This document shows, piece by piece, positions 16,522 through 24,744 of a stretch of 40,000 bases of DNA. The notes beneath the pieces are model-generated. The model saw nothing but the letters and a program-made list of their open reading frames with translations. It made no database searches and was not told where the DNA came from. A program made the translations under genes and the position numbers. Position 1 is the first letter of the stretch; the number at the start of each line of letters is the position of its first letter. Origin of the DNA: Pirellulaceae bacterium (GTDB lineage Bacteria > Planctomycetota > Planctomycetia > Pirellulales > Pirellulaceae); NCBI GenBank assembly GCA_018402565.1, contig JAGYIQ010000003.1:221746-261745 (forward strand). The letters are read 5' to 3'.

Positions 16522-17990
16522 GTGGTGGGCGATCCCAGGAGCGGGTAGATCGGTTCCGCCCCTTCTACGCCGACCAATTTTTGATCCAAGCCGTTGTAGA
16601 AGAAGCTGAGGCGGTTGGGGTCCAATCCCATTTGGTGGAGGATGGTGGCGTGGACGTGTTTGACGTGGAAGGGGTTTTCGACGGCGGCGGCGCCCAGTTC
16701 GTCGGTGGTTCCGACCGAGATCCCGCCGCGGATGCCGCCGCCGGCCATCCACATGGTGAAGCCGTAGGCGTTGTGATCGCGGCCGGAGCCTTCGGCGTAC
16801 TCGGCCGTGGGTTGGCGGCCGAATTCACCGCCCCAAACGATCAAGGTGGAGTCGAGCAAGCCACGTTGCTTGAGATCTTTCAGCAGCCCGGCGATCGGCA
16901 GATCGGTGGCACCGGCGTGGAGGTTGTGGTTATTTTCCAGATCACCGTGGGCGTCCCAATTCGAATCGTTGTGGGCGCCGCCGGAATAGACCTGAATGAA
17001 GCGGACGCCGCGTTCGACCAGGCGTCGCGCCATCAGGCACTGGCGGCCGAAGTAGCGGGTCTTTGGGTTATCCAGCCCGTAGAGGCTGTGGGTATCAGCC
17101 GTTTCGTCCTCGATATCGACCGCTTCGGGGGCGGTGCTCTGCATGCGGTAGGCCAACTCGTAGCTGGCGATGCGAGCCGCCAGATCGGAGTGGGCCGCGT
17201 TGGCCGCCAGGTGCTGTCGGTTGTACTGCTGCAGGGTATCGATCAGATCGCGCTGGGCGGCGTCGGTCATATCGAGTGGGCGGCGGAGGTCGAGAATCGG
17301 CGAGCCCTCGCTGCGGACGACCGTGCCCTGGAAGGTGGCGGGCATGTAGCCGGTGCTCCAGTTTTTCGGTCCGGAGATAGGTCCGCCGGAGTGGTCCAGC
17401 ATGACCACAAACCCGGGTAGATTTTCGTTGACGGTGCCCAGGCCGTAGTTGATCCAGGCCCCGAGGCAGGGACTGCCGGACTGGATCTTGCCGGTGTTCA
17501 TCTGCAGCATGGCCGAGCCGTGGATCGGGGAGTCGGCCGTCATGCTGTGGATAAAGGCGATGTCGTCGACATGCTGGGCCACGTTGGGGAACAGGTCGGA
17601 GACCCACTTGCCGCACTGGCCGTACTGCTTGAACTTCCAGCGTGGTTCGACGATGCGACCTTCGTTGCGATGTCCGCCGCGGCCGAAGGTTTTGACCTCG
17701 ATCGTCTTGCCGTCCATGCCCACCATGCTGGGCTTGTAATCAAAGGTATCGATGTGGCTGGGGCCACCATACATGTAGAGAAAGATCACCGCTTTGGCTT
17801 GGGCGGGGAAGTGCGGCTCTTTGGGCGCCAGTGGATTGGCCCAGGCCGTGTCGTCGTCTTGGGCCGCGGACAGACGGTTCAAAAAGGCGGGCTCCAACAT
17901 CGACGCCAGGGCGGCGCCGGCGAACCCGGCCCCCGATTGCCAGATGAACTCGCGGCGGGTGCGTCCGCAAAAGTTGGGTTGTTTGGCCAT
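16518..17990 (-). CDS. DUF1501 domain protein (sulfatase-fold, Tat signal)
   Basis: The N-terminus has a Tat-like signal, GRTRREFIWQSGAGFAGAALASM. The body reads VIFLYMYGGPSHIDTFDYKP...IAFIHSMTADSPIHGSA...STGYMPATFQGT...WDAHGDLENNH...GGEFGRQP...GRDHNAYGFTMWMAGGGIRGG, the pattern of the planctomycete-expanded DUF1501 family. Confidence 0.85.
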   Translation of the reverse strand: MAKQPNFCGRTRREFIWQSGAGFAGAALASMLEPAFLNRLSAAQDDDTAWANPLAPKEPHFPAQAKAVIFLYMYGGPSHIDTFDYKPSMVGMDGKTIEVKTFGRGGHRNEGRIVEPRWKFKQYGQCGKWVSDLFPNVAQHVDDIAFIHSMTADSPIHGSAMLQMNTGKIQSGSPCLGAWINYGLGTVNENLPGFVVMLDHSGGPISGPKNWSTGYMPATFQGTVVRSEGSPILDLRRPLDMTDAAQRDLIDTLQQYNRQHLAANAAHSDLAARIASYELAYRMQSTAPEAVDIEDETADTHSLYGLDNPKTRYFGRQCLMARRLVERGVRFIQVYSGGAHNDSNWDAHGDLENNHNLHAGATDLPIAGLLKDLKQRGLLDSTLIVWGGEFGRQPTAEYAEGSGRDHNAYGFTMWMAGGGIRGGISVGTTDELGAAAVENPFHVKHVHATILHQMGLDPNRLSFFYNGLDQKLVGVEGAEPIYPLLGSPTT

Positions 17991-18167
17991 GACAATCTCT
18001 TTCGCTCGTGGATCCCCAGCCCCGTCTCTCGCCCACCGTCCTAATTATACGCCAATGGCGGGGAAATTTCGAGGTCAGCGGTGTCCAACTAGGACAACTT
18101 TGCCCCGGACGTTATGATAGCCCTTCCCCCATTTCGGCCCGCCGCTCCAGATTTGCCCTAGAACCTT

Positions 18168-20243
18168 ATGAAACGCGACATTCGAAGCCTGCGAAACATC
18201 GGGATCATCGCTCATATCGATGCCGGGAAGACCACCGTCACCGAACAGATGCTGTTTTTGTCCGGGACCAAGCACCGGGCGGGGCGAGTGGACGATGGCT
18301 CGACGACCACGGACGACGATCCGGAAGAGCAGCAACGCGGCATCACGATCTACTCGGCTTGCGTCACCTTTCAATGGGGAGCGGTGAACGTCAATTTGCT
18401 GGACACGCCCGGACACGTGGATTTTACGGCGGAGGTGGAGCGTTGCCTCCGCGTCTTGGACGGGGCGGTGGTGGTGTTCAGTGCGCGGGAAGGGGTCGAG
18501 GCCCAGAGCGAGACCGTGTGGCGACAGGCCGATCGTTATGCCGTGCCGCGGTTGACCTTTATCAACAAGATGGACCGCGAGGGGGCCAACTTCCATCGGG
18601 TCATCGAGCAGATGCGCAACCGCCTGCAGGCCAATCCGGTCGTGTTGCAGATCCCGGTCGGCCAGGGACCGGCCCACGTCGACGACCCCTTCCGTGGCGT
18701 GATCGATTTGGTTAAACAAAAGTTTTTAACCTATCGTGACAATCAGGTCGTCGAGTCCGACGTGCCACCGGAGATGCAAGAGGAGGCCGATCTGTGGCGC
18801 GAGCAGTTGCTGGAGAGCCTGTACGACTACAGCGAAGAGATGGCGATGTTGGCGATGGAGGAAAAGCCCATCGACAACAGCCTGATCAAGCAGACCCTCC
18901 GCCAGGCGACGTTGGCGCGGCAGATTCAACCGCTGCTGTGCGGTTCGGCCTTGCACGGCATGGGGGTGCAAGGGGTTTTGGATGCGGTGGCGGATTACTT
19001 GCCCAGTCCCGCGGATCGGCCGCCGGTCACCGGTACCGACCCGACCGACAAGAATCGGTCGGTCGAGCGGGCTCCAAAAATCGACGAGCCGTTCTGCAGC
19101 GTGGTGTTTAAGATCCTGCCGGCCAAGACCGGCGACTTGTATTGGATCCGTGTCTACTCCGGGCAATTGAAGACCAATTCGCGCGTGCTGTGTCCGGGTC
19201 AGGACAAAAAAGAGAACGTCGCGCAGTTGTGGCAGATTCATGCCTCGAAGAAAGAACGCGATGGCCAGATCGATGTGGTGGGGCCGGGCGACATTGTCTG
19301 TGTGATTGGACCTCGCTATGCCATCACAGGCGATACGCTGTGCGATACGCGCGACGTCGTTCAACTGGAGTCGATCTGCTTCCCCGAGGCGGTGATCGAG
19401 ATGGCCATCGAACCGGAATCGACGGCCGAAAAAGACAAGTTGCTGGAAGTCCTGGAGATGCTCAAGCGACAGGACCCGACCTTCCGCGCGAAAGAAAATG
19501 CGGAAACCGGCCAAATGCTGATCGCCGGCATGGGCGAATTGCACTTGGAAGTCGTCAAGCATCGGTTGCTGCGGGACTTCAAGCTGAATGTCAAGGTGCA
19601 CAAACCGCGAGTCTCTTACCGCGAAACGATCGCCAAGGCCGTGACGGTGGAGGGCCACTGCCAACGCGTGGTCAACGGCCAGACCTTGTTCGCCAAGGTC
19701 AAATTGGAGATGCAACCCGTACCCGATATCATGCAGGTCGAAGTTCGCAGCCTGCTGCCGCCGGACAAACTGCCGCCCGAATGGAAAGAGGCCGCCATGC
19801 AGGAATTGGCCAGCCGCAGTCAAGGCGGTGGCACGATCGGCAGCTTCCCCTTGAGTCAGTTGCGCGTCAAGTTGGTCGATGCGGAATCGTCGCCAGAGGC
19901 CAGCAACGAGATCGCCTTTACGATCGCCGCCGCGGATGCGTTTGAGAAGGGATTGGTCGAGGGCGGGCCGGTCCTGTTGGAGCCAATCATGAAGTTGAGC
20001 ATCTCGACGCCGGACGATTATTACGGCGACTTCATTGGCGACTTGTCCAAGCGCCGCGGCCGGATCGTGGACACGGACAATCGTGGCGGGATCACCTTTA
20101 TCGACGCCGAGGCTCCCTTGGCCGAGTTGTTCGGCTACTCAAACGCCATGCGTTCGCTGAGTCAGGGGCGGGCGGGTGCCAGCATGGAGCCGTTTGAGTA
20201 CCAACCGGCGCCGCCCGAGGTGGCCAAGTCATTTGCCTATTAG
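18168..20243 (+). CDS. fusA: Elongation factor G family GTPase (stand-alone paralog, not in an rpsL-rpsG-fusA-tuf context)
   Basis: The sequence shows NIGIIAHIDAGKTTVTEQML (G1), RGITI, LLDTPGHVDF (G3), INKMDR (G4), and C-terminal EF-G domains III-V (LEPIMKLSISTPDDYYGDFIGDLSKRRGRI). Confidence 0.9.
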   Translation: MKRDIRSLRNIGIIAHIDAGKTTVTEQMLFLSGTKHRAGRVDDGSTTTDDDPEEQQRGITIYSACVTFQWGAVNVNLLDTPGHVDFTAEVERCLRVLDGAVVVFSAREGVEAQSETVWRQADRYAVPRLTFINKMDREGANFHRVIEQMRNRLQANPVVLQIPVGQGPAHVDDPFRGVIDLVKQKFLTYRDNQVVESDVPPEMQEEADLWREQLLESLYDYSEEMAMLAMEEKPIDNSLIKQTLRQATLARQIQPLLCGSALHGMGVQGVLDAVADYLPSPADRPPVTGTDPTDKNRSVERAPKIDEPFCSVVFKILPAKTGDLYWIRVYSGQLKTNSRVLCPGQDKKENVAQLWQIHASKKERDGQIDVVGPGDIVCVIGPRYAITGDTLCDTRDVVQLESICFPEAVIEMAIEPESTAEKDKLLEVLEMLKRQDPTFRAKENAETGQMLIAGMGELHLEVVKHRLLRDFKLNVKVHKPRVSYRETIAKAVTVEGHCQRVVNGQTLFAKVKLEMQPVPDIMQVEVRSLLPPDKLPPEWKEAAMQELASRSQGGGTIGSFPLSQLRVKLVDAESSPEASNEIAFTIAAADAFEKGLVEGGPVLLEPIMKLSISTPDDYYGDFIGDLSKRRGRIVDTDNRGGITFIDAEAPLAELFGYSNAMRSLSQGRAGASMEPFEYQPAPPEVAKSFAY

Positions 20244-20269
20244 TCCTCTGAGTTAGGAGACCTACGGTC

Positions 20270-21835
20270 GTGAACTCCCCCACCACCCAGGCTCCGGGAT
20301 CGACCACCGGACCGACCGCTCGGCTCACGGAAGACTGGACCGCTGTCCTCGTGGGTCTGATCGTGTTCCTCTCGGCCTTGGCCGCCGCCTGGTGGTCTGC
20401 CCCGGAGTCTTACCAGGCGGGCGTGGAGGCCGTGGAGCCCGGGGTCAAGTGGACTCATCCTTGGAAGTCGTGGCTGGGCTCCGTGGGACGCTGGGACCAG
20501 GACCCGCGGCAGGGCTTGATCCACACCGGCTTCGAGCCCCAGGCCGACGCCGCGCAGGCGGCTGCGACCCCGGCACCGATCAAGCCGCTCTGGCCGGGCT
20601 GGGTTGGCATGGCCTGCGTCTTGGCGGGTCTGGGGGCAGCGGTCAGTTGGCTTCGCGGCCGCTCGCCGGCCAGCTTCTTGCTGGCTTTTCCTGCTTTATT
20701 TGGTTTAGCTCTCTTGGCGAATGTCATGGCCAAGCAGCAACAGGTGGAGGCCTTGGGCCTGGAGTACGTTCTCTGGGCACTACTCTTGGGGCTATTGATC
20801 AGCAACACGATCGGCACGCCGACGTGGCTGCGCCCGGCCGTGATGGGCGAACAATTCGTCAAGTTGGGGTTGGTGCTGTTGGGCGTCGAGGTCCTGTTGG
20901 GCACGCTGCTCAAGTACGGGATTCCTGGTATTTTTGTGGCGTGGATTGTCACGCCCGTGGTCTTGGTCACGACGTACTTGTTTGGGCAGTACATCCTGCG
21001 GATACAGAGCAAGACATTGAACATCGTGATCTCGGCGGACATGAGCGTCTGCGGCGTGTCTGCGGCGATCGCGACGGCGGCGGCCTGTCGCGCCAAAAAA
21101 GACGAACTGTCGTTGGCGATCGGTCTGTCGATGGGCTTTACCGTGGTGATGATGGTGTTGCTGCCCAAGCTGTGCCTGGCGCTCGGCTTGCCCGAACCGA
21201 TCGCGGGGGCCTGGATCGGCGGAACCGTTGATTCAACAGGGGCCGTGGCCGCCGCGGGAGAGCTGGTGGGAGAACAGGCCGGTGAAGTGGCGGTGACCAT
21301 CAAGATGATCCAGAACACGCTGATCGGCGTTGTGGCGTTTGCAGTGGCGACCTATTGGGTCAGTGTGGTGGAGCCCCAGTCCGACGCTGCAGAAGCGGCG
21401 ACGTCCGGCTCCGAGCCGGGCAACGGTGCGACCCAAGATTCGAGTGGGACGCGTGGCAAGGGCGCGATCGGCGGCTTCAGTGGGATCGGCGAGATCTGGC
21501 GACGTTTCCCCAAGTTTGTCCTGGGCTTTGTCGGCGTGTCCGTGATTGCCTCAGCGATCACGGCATTGGGGGCCTACGAGGCGTTGGGACTGGCCAGTGC
21601 CCAGAGCGGCGTGACCAAGCCGCTGCGTGGTTGGCTGTTTTGCCTGGCGTTTGTCTGTATCGGCCTGGAATCGAATGTGCGACAATTTTTGCCTCATTTG
21701 CGTTCCGGCAAGCCACTGGTGTTGTACGTCGTCGGTCAATCGCTCAACTTGCTGTTGACGCTGGCGATGGCCTACCTGATGTTCGGGTGGTTGTTTGCCG
21801 ATATGTTCCCCGACGCGGCGGAGGCGGCGCCATGA
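20270..21835 (+). CDS. YeiH/UPF0324-family membrane transporter (putative sulfate-exporter family), extended form
   Basis: The GTG start is preceded by aggaga at 20254-20259. The protein aligns in my reading with E. coli YeiH blocks: LLLGLLISNTIG, FVKLGLVLLGVEVLLG, ISADMSVCGVSAAIATAAACRAKKDE, GAWIGGTVDSTGAVAAAG and IKMIQNTLIG. It has many TM helices. Confidence 0.75.
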   Translation: MNSPTTQAPGSTTGPTARLTEDWTAVLVGLIVFLSALAAAWWSAPESYQAGVEAVEPGVKWTHPWKSWLGSVGRWDQDPRQGLIHTGFEPQADAAQAAATPAPIKPLWPGWVGMACVLAGLGAAVSWLRGRSPASFLLAFPALFGLALLANVMAKQQQVEALGLEYVLWALLLGLLISNTIGTPTWLRPAVMGEQFVKLGLVLLGVEVLLGTLLKYGIPGIFVAWIVTPVVLVTTYLFGQYILRIQSKTLNIVISADMSVCGVSAAIATAAACRAKKDELSLAIGLSMGFTVVMMVLLPKLCLALGLPEPIAGAWIGGTVDSTGAVAAAGELVGEQAGEVAVTIKMIQNTLIGVVAFAVATYWVSVVEPQSDAAEAATSGSEPGNGATQDSSGTRGKGAIGGFSGIGEIWRRFPKFVLGFVGVSVIASAITALGAYEALGLASAQSGVTKPLRGWLFCLAFVCIGLESNVRQFLPHLRSGKPLVLYVVGQSLNLLLTLAMAYLMFGWLFADMFPDAAEAAP

Positions 21836-22020
21836 GCGGCGGCGGGCGATTGCTTGCGGGTGGCTTGCTGCTGTACCTAACTTGGGGGTACGCCTGCCCT
21901 TGGGTGCTGTCCTTGCCTCTCTGGCAAGCGCATCGGGAAGCGGTCAAAGAACGTCCCATCGCCGTGGGCGCTCTGTTTTACACCGAATTGGATCATTACC
22001 CCGGAAAGCCGGCGTCATGA
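21832..22020 (+). CDS. Small hydrophobic protein (62 aa), translationally coupled on both sides
   Basis: ATG 21832 overlaps the yeiH-like stop (ATGA), and its own stop overlaps the ThiF-like start (ATGA at 22017-22020). The sequence is MSGGGRLLAGGLLLYLTWGYACPWVLSLPLW.... I recognise no family, and support comes only from this coupling geometry. Confidence 0.4.
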   Translation: MSGGGRLLAGGLLLYLTWGYACPWVLSLPLWQAHREAVKERPIAVGALFYTELDHYPGKPAS

Positions 22021-23102
22021 GTTCGTCGGCGGAAGATCGGCCCACGGGCTGGGCGGACGATGCGTTCGAGGCCGGCTTGGCGGATCGCTATCGCAAGCAG
22101 ATCGCCTTTGCAAATTGGGGGATCGCAGCCCAACAGCAACTGACTGAGGCGACCGTGCTGATCATCGGTTGCGGGGCATTGGGAACGGCCCAGGCGCACC
22201 TGTTGGCGCGGGCCGGTGTTGGGAAGTTGATCCTGGTCGATCGCGATTTTGTCGACTTGTCCAACTTGCAGCGGCAGACGCTGTTTGTGGAACGGGATGT
22301 GGAGCAAGGGTTGCCCAAGGTGGTGGCCGCGGCGGCCCACCTGGCGGCCATCAACCGGCATGTCGAGATTCTGCCGGTGATTCAGGATGTCACGTGGGAA
22401 AACATTGGCCATCACGTGCCGGGGGCGGACGTGGTCTTGGATGGGACCGATAACTTTGAAACTCGTTTTTTGATCAATGACGCCTGCATTCGCTGGGGCA
22501 AGCCCTGGGTTTACGGCGGCTGCCTGGGGGCGGCGGGACAGACCATGACCATCGTGCCAGGTCAGACGGCGTGTCTGGCCTGCTTGATCCCCACGGGGCC
22601 GCCGGCGGCCGGGAGCCTGCCCACCTGCGATACCAGCGGGGTGCTGGGCACGATCATCCAGATGATTGCGGCCTTGCAGGTCAGCGAGGCCCTCAAGCTC
22701 ATCGGTGGTCAAGCCGCTGGGATCAGTCGGCGGTTGACGGTGATCGATAGCTGGGAGCTGGGTTTTCGCTCGTTGAGTCTAGAGAAATTGGCGGCGACGG
22801 GCTGCGACGTCTGCCGGGGTGGCCGCTTCGATTGGCTGGCCGGGCGGCAGCGCACCCAGACGCACGTCTTGTGCGGTCGGAACTCGGTGCAGGTGAGCTT
22901 GCCGGTTCCCCAGCCCTGGGATCTGGCTGGACTGGCGCGTCAATTGGAGTCGCAGGGCCAGGTGTTAAGGAACCCTTACTTGGTGAAGTTCCGGCAGGGG
23001 ACTTGGGGTTTGACCGCCTTTCCGGACGGGCGAGTGATCGTCAGTGGGACGGAGGACGCGGACGCGGCCAAGACTTGGCTGCGGCAGGTTGTCGGCCTCT
23101 GA
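22017..23102 (+). CDS. ThiF/MoeB/HesA-family E1-like adenylyltransferase
   Basis: The nucleotide-binding site reads VLIIGCGALGTAQAHLLARAGVGKLILVDRDFVDLSNLQRQTLF. It also has DGTDNFETRFLINDAC and two Cys pairs, CLAC and CDVC (zinc site). The C-terminal domain of about 100 aa resembles that of the Bacillus-type ThiF. The start is the internal ATG 22017 of track ORF 21795..23102. Confidence 0.8.
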   Translation: MSSSAEDRPTGWADDAFEAGLADRYRKQIAFANWGIAAQQQLTEATVLIIGCGALGTAQAHLLARAGVGKLILVDRDFVDLSNLQRQTLFVERDVEQGLPKVVAAAAHLAAINRHVEILPVIQDVTWENIGHHVPGADVVLDGTDNFETRFLINDACIRWGKPWVYGGCLGAAGQTMTIVPGQTACLACLIPTGPPAAGSLPTCDTSGVLGTIIQMIAALQVSEALKLIGGQAAGISRRLTVIDSWELGFRSLSLEKLAATGCDVCRGGRFDWLAGRQRTQTHVLCGRNSVQVSLPVPQPWDLAGLARQLESQGQVLRNPYLVKFRQGTWGLTAFPDGRVIVSGTEDADAAKTWLRQVVGL

Positions 23103-23215
23103 GCCGCCGCGCAGCCGCTTGCCAGGACAGCCGAATTTGTTCAAATAACGCCGGATGCCGCCCTGGACCGCAGGCGCGGGCGATGGGTCTGGTTGTAGCA
23201 AGAAAGGCGCGTGCC

Positions 23216-24079
23216 ATGCGGTGGAAGGGTCGAGAACGAAGCGAGAACGTCCAGGATCGGCGGGGATCGGGCGGGGCCAAAGTCGCCGCGGCGGGCGGTG
23301 GCGGAATTCTGATGCTGGTCGTCATGCTGGTGGCGATGTACTTCAACGTCGACCCGCAACAGGCGGCTCGTGTGGCTAATCGCTTGCAGCAGATGCAGGC
23401 GCCGGCGGTGGAGCAAGGGGCGGGGGTCGACGACGAGGCCCAGGAGTTTATCTCGGTGGTGCTGCGTGACACCGAGGTGGTGTGGCAAAAATTGTTCAGC
23501 CAACAGGTGCGTGGCGGGCGGTACCAGGCACCGCAGTTGGTGATCTTTAGCAACTCCACACCGTCCAAGTGCGGCACGGCCAACTCGGCGACGGGGCCGT
23601 TCTATTGCCCGGCTGACCAGACGATCTACATCGACCCCAGTTTTTTTACGCAGCTGCACCGCGAACTGGGAGCGCCGGGTGACTTTGCTCAAGCGTACGT
23701 GATCGCGCACGAGGTGGCCCATCATGTGCAAAAGACTTTGGGATTCATGCGAGCGGTAGAGCAGGCGCGCGGGACGCGCGACGAGAATCGGGCGTCCGTG
23801 CGGCTGGAGCTGCAGGCCGATTTCCTGGCGGGTGTCTGGGCGCATCACGCCCAGCGCGAGTTCGAAGTGTTGGAGGACGGCGATTTGGAGGAGGCGATCA
23901 ACGCGGCCAACAGCATCGGCGACGATCGGCTGCAGAAAATGGCGCAAGGCTTTACCATTCCCGAACGCTACACTCACGGCACCTCGGCCCAACGAGTTCG
24001 CTGGTTCAAGGCCGGCTTTCGCTCGGGGGATTTGTCGGAAGCCCAGGCCCTCTTCGACTTGGCCTACGAACGCTTGTAA
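23216..24079 (+). CDS. YpfJ-family putative neutral zinc metallopeptidase
   Basis: MRWKGRERSENVQDRRG is the typical YpfJ N-terminus and is followed by a TM helix. The protein also has GPFYCPADQTIYIDPSFF and YVIAHEVAHHVQ (HExxH motif). The start is the internal ATG 23216 of track ORF 22832..24079. Confidence 0.8.
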   Translation: MRWKGRERSENVQDRRGSGGAKVAAAGGGGILMLVVMLVAMYFNVDPQQAARVANRLQQMQAPAVEQGAGVDDEAQEFISVVLRDTEVVWQKLFSQQVRGGRYQAPQLVIFSNSTPSKCGTANSATGPFYCPADQTIYIDPSFFTQLHRELGAPGDFAQAYVIAHEVAHHVQKTLGFMRAVEQARGTRDENRASVRLELQADFLAGVWAHHAQREFEVLEDGDLEEAINAANSIGDDRLQKMAQGFTIPERYTHGTSAQRVRWFKAGFRSGDLSEAQALFDLAYERL

Positions 24080-24122
24080 GACGATTCAGCGACAGTCTGA
24101 ACGACCCTTTGGGTGGGGACAT

Positions 24123-24153
24123 AAAAAAAGCCTCGCCCGTTGCCGGGCGAGGC
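24123..24153 (-). terminator. Rho-independent terminator of flp
   Basis: The 10-bp perfect GC-rich stem is gcctcgcccg (24130-24139) / cgggcgaggc (24144-24153) with loop ttgc. On the minus strand it is followed by a T7 run (the plus-strand A-run 24123-24129). It lies 30 nt downstream of the flp stop. Confidence 0.75.
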
Positions 24154-24183
24154 TGTATCTCCAAGGGTGCAGACCACCTACGC

Positions 24184-24357
24184 TTAGCGCAGGGTGTTCG
24201 CAATCGTTTGGAAGCGGGTGTTGGCGTTACGGCCAACAGCTTGAATCGTACCGATACAAACGATGACGATCAACGCCAGCATAATGGCGTATTCAACAGC
24301 GGTCGGACCACTTTCATCATTCAAGAAACGAACGACATGATTGGTGAATTTCTTCAC
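24184..24357 (-). CDS. flp: Flp/Fap family type IVb pilin (57 aa)
   Basis: The protein reads (M)KKFTNHVVRFLNDESGPTAVEYAIMLALIVIVCIGTIQAVG. This is the Flp motif (G/xTAxEY followed by a hydrophobic helix). I place the start at GTG 24357, which is preceded by GGAGGA with 7-nt spacing. The track ORF start 24429 adds an implausible leader. Confidence 0.8.
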   Translation of the reverse strand: MKKFTNHVVRFLNDESGPTAVEYAIMLALIVIVCIGTIQAVGRNANTRFQTIANTLR

Positions 24358-24744
24358 AGTACTTTCCTCCACAAAGAGAAAACCAACGTTGGGATTAGTT
24401 ACGACTGACACACATATCAGCCGATGCACAAGTGGAAGTCAGTGGGCCCGATCTCTCGTTCCCTCGTTCCTTCCATGACAAAACTTAGGCCGCAATCGAA
24501 GGCTGTCAAAACATTCTTGATGAATTTGGCTCAAGTTGCAGAGTTTTCCTGTCCACTCAGGTCACTGCAGAGCGGTTAACCGCTGCGATCCGCACAACCG
24601 CTTGCCGTGGCCCTCGGCGTCGTCGATGATGCCGGACCCAAAGTCGCCGGGCGAGGCGTTCCAGAGTCAGCAAGAAGAGTAAATCACGTGGCACGATCGA
24701 AGTCGGCTTCGGCCCCACCCCCCGAGACTGACGTGCAACCCCCG

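Noticed and set aside
24109-24408. 99-aa plus-strand ORF overlapping flp
   Set aside because: It lies antisense to a textbook Flp prepilin that has an SD and a terminator, and it reads through the terminator hairpin.
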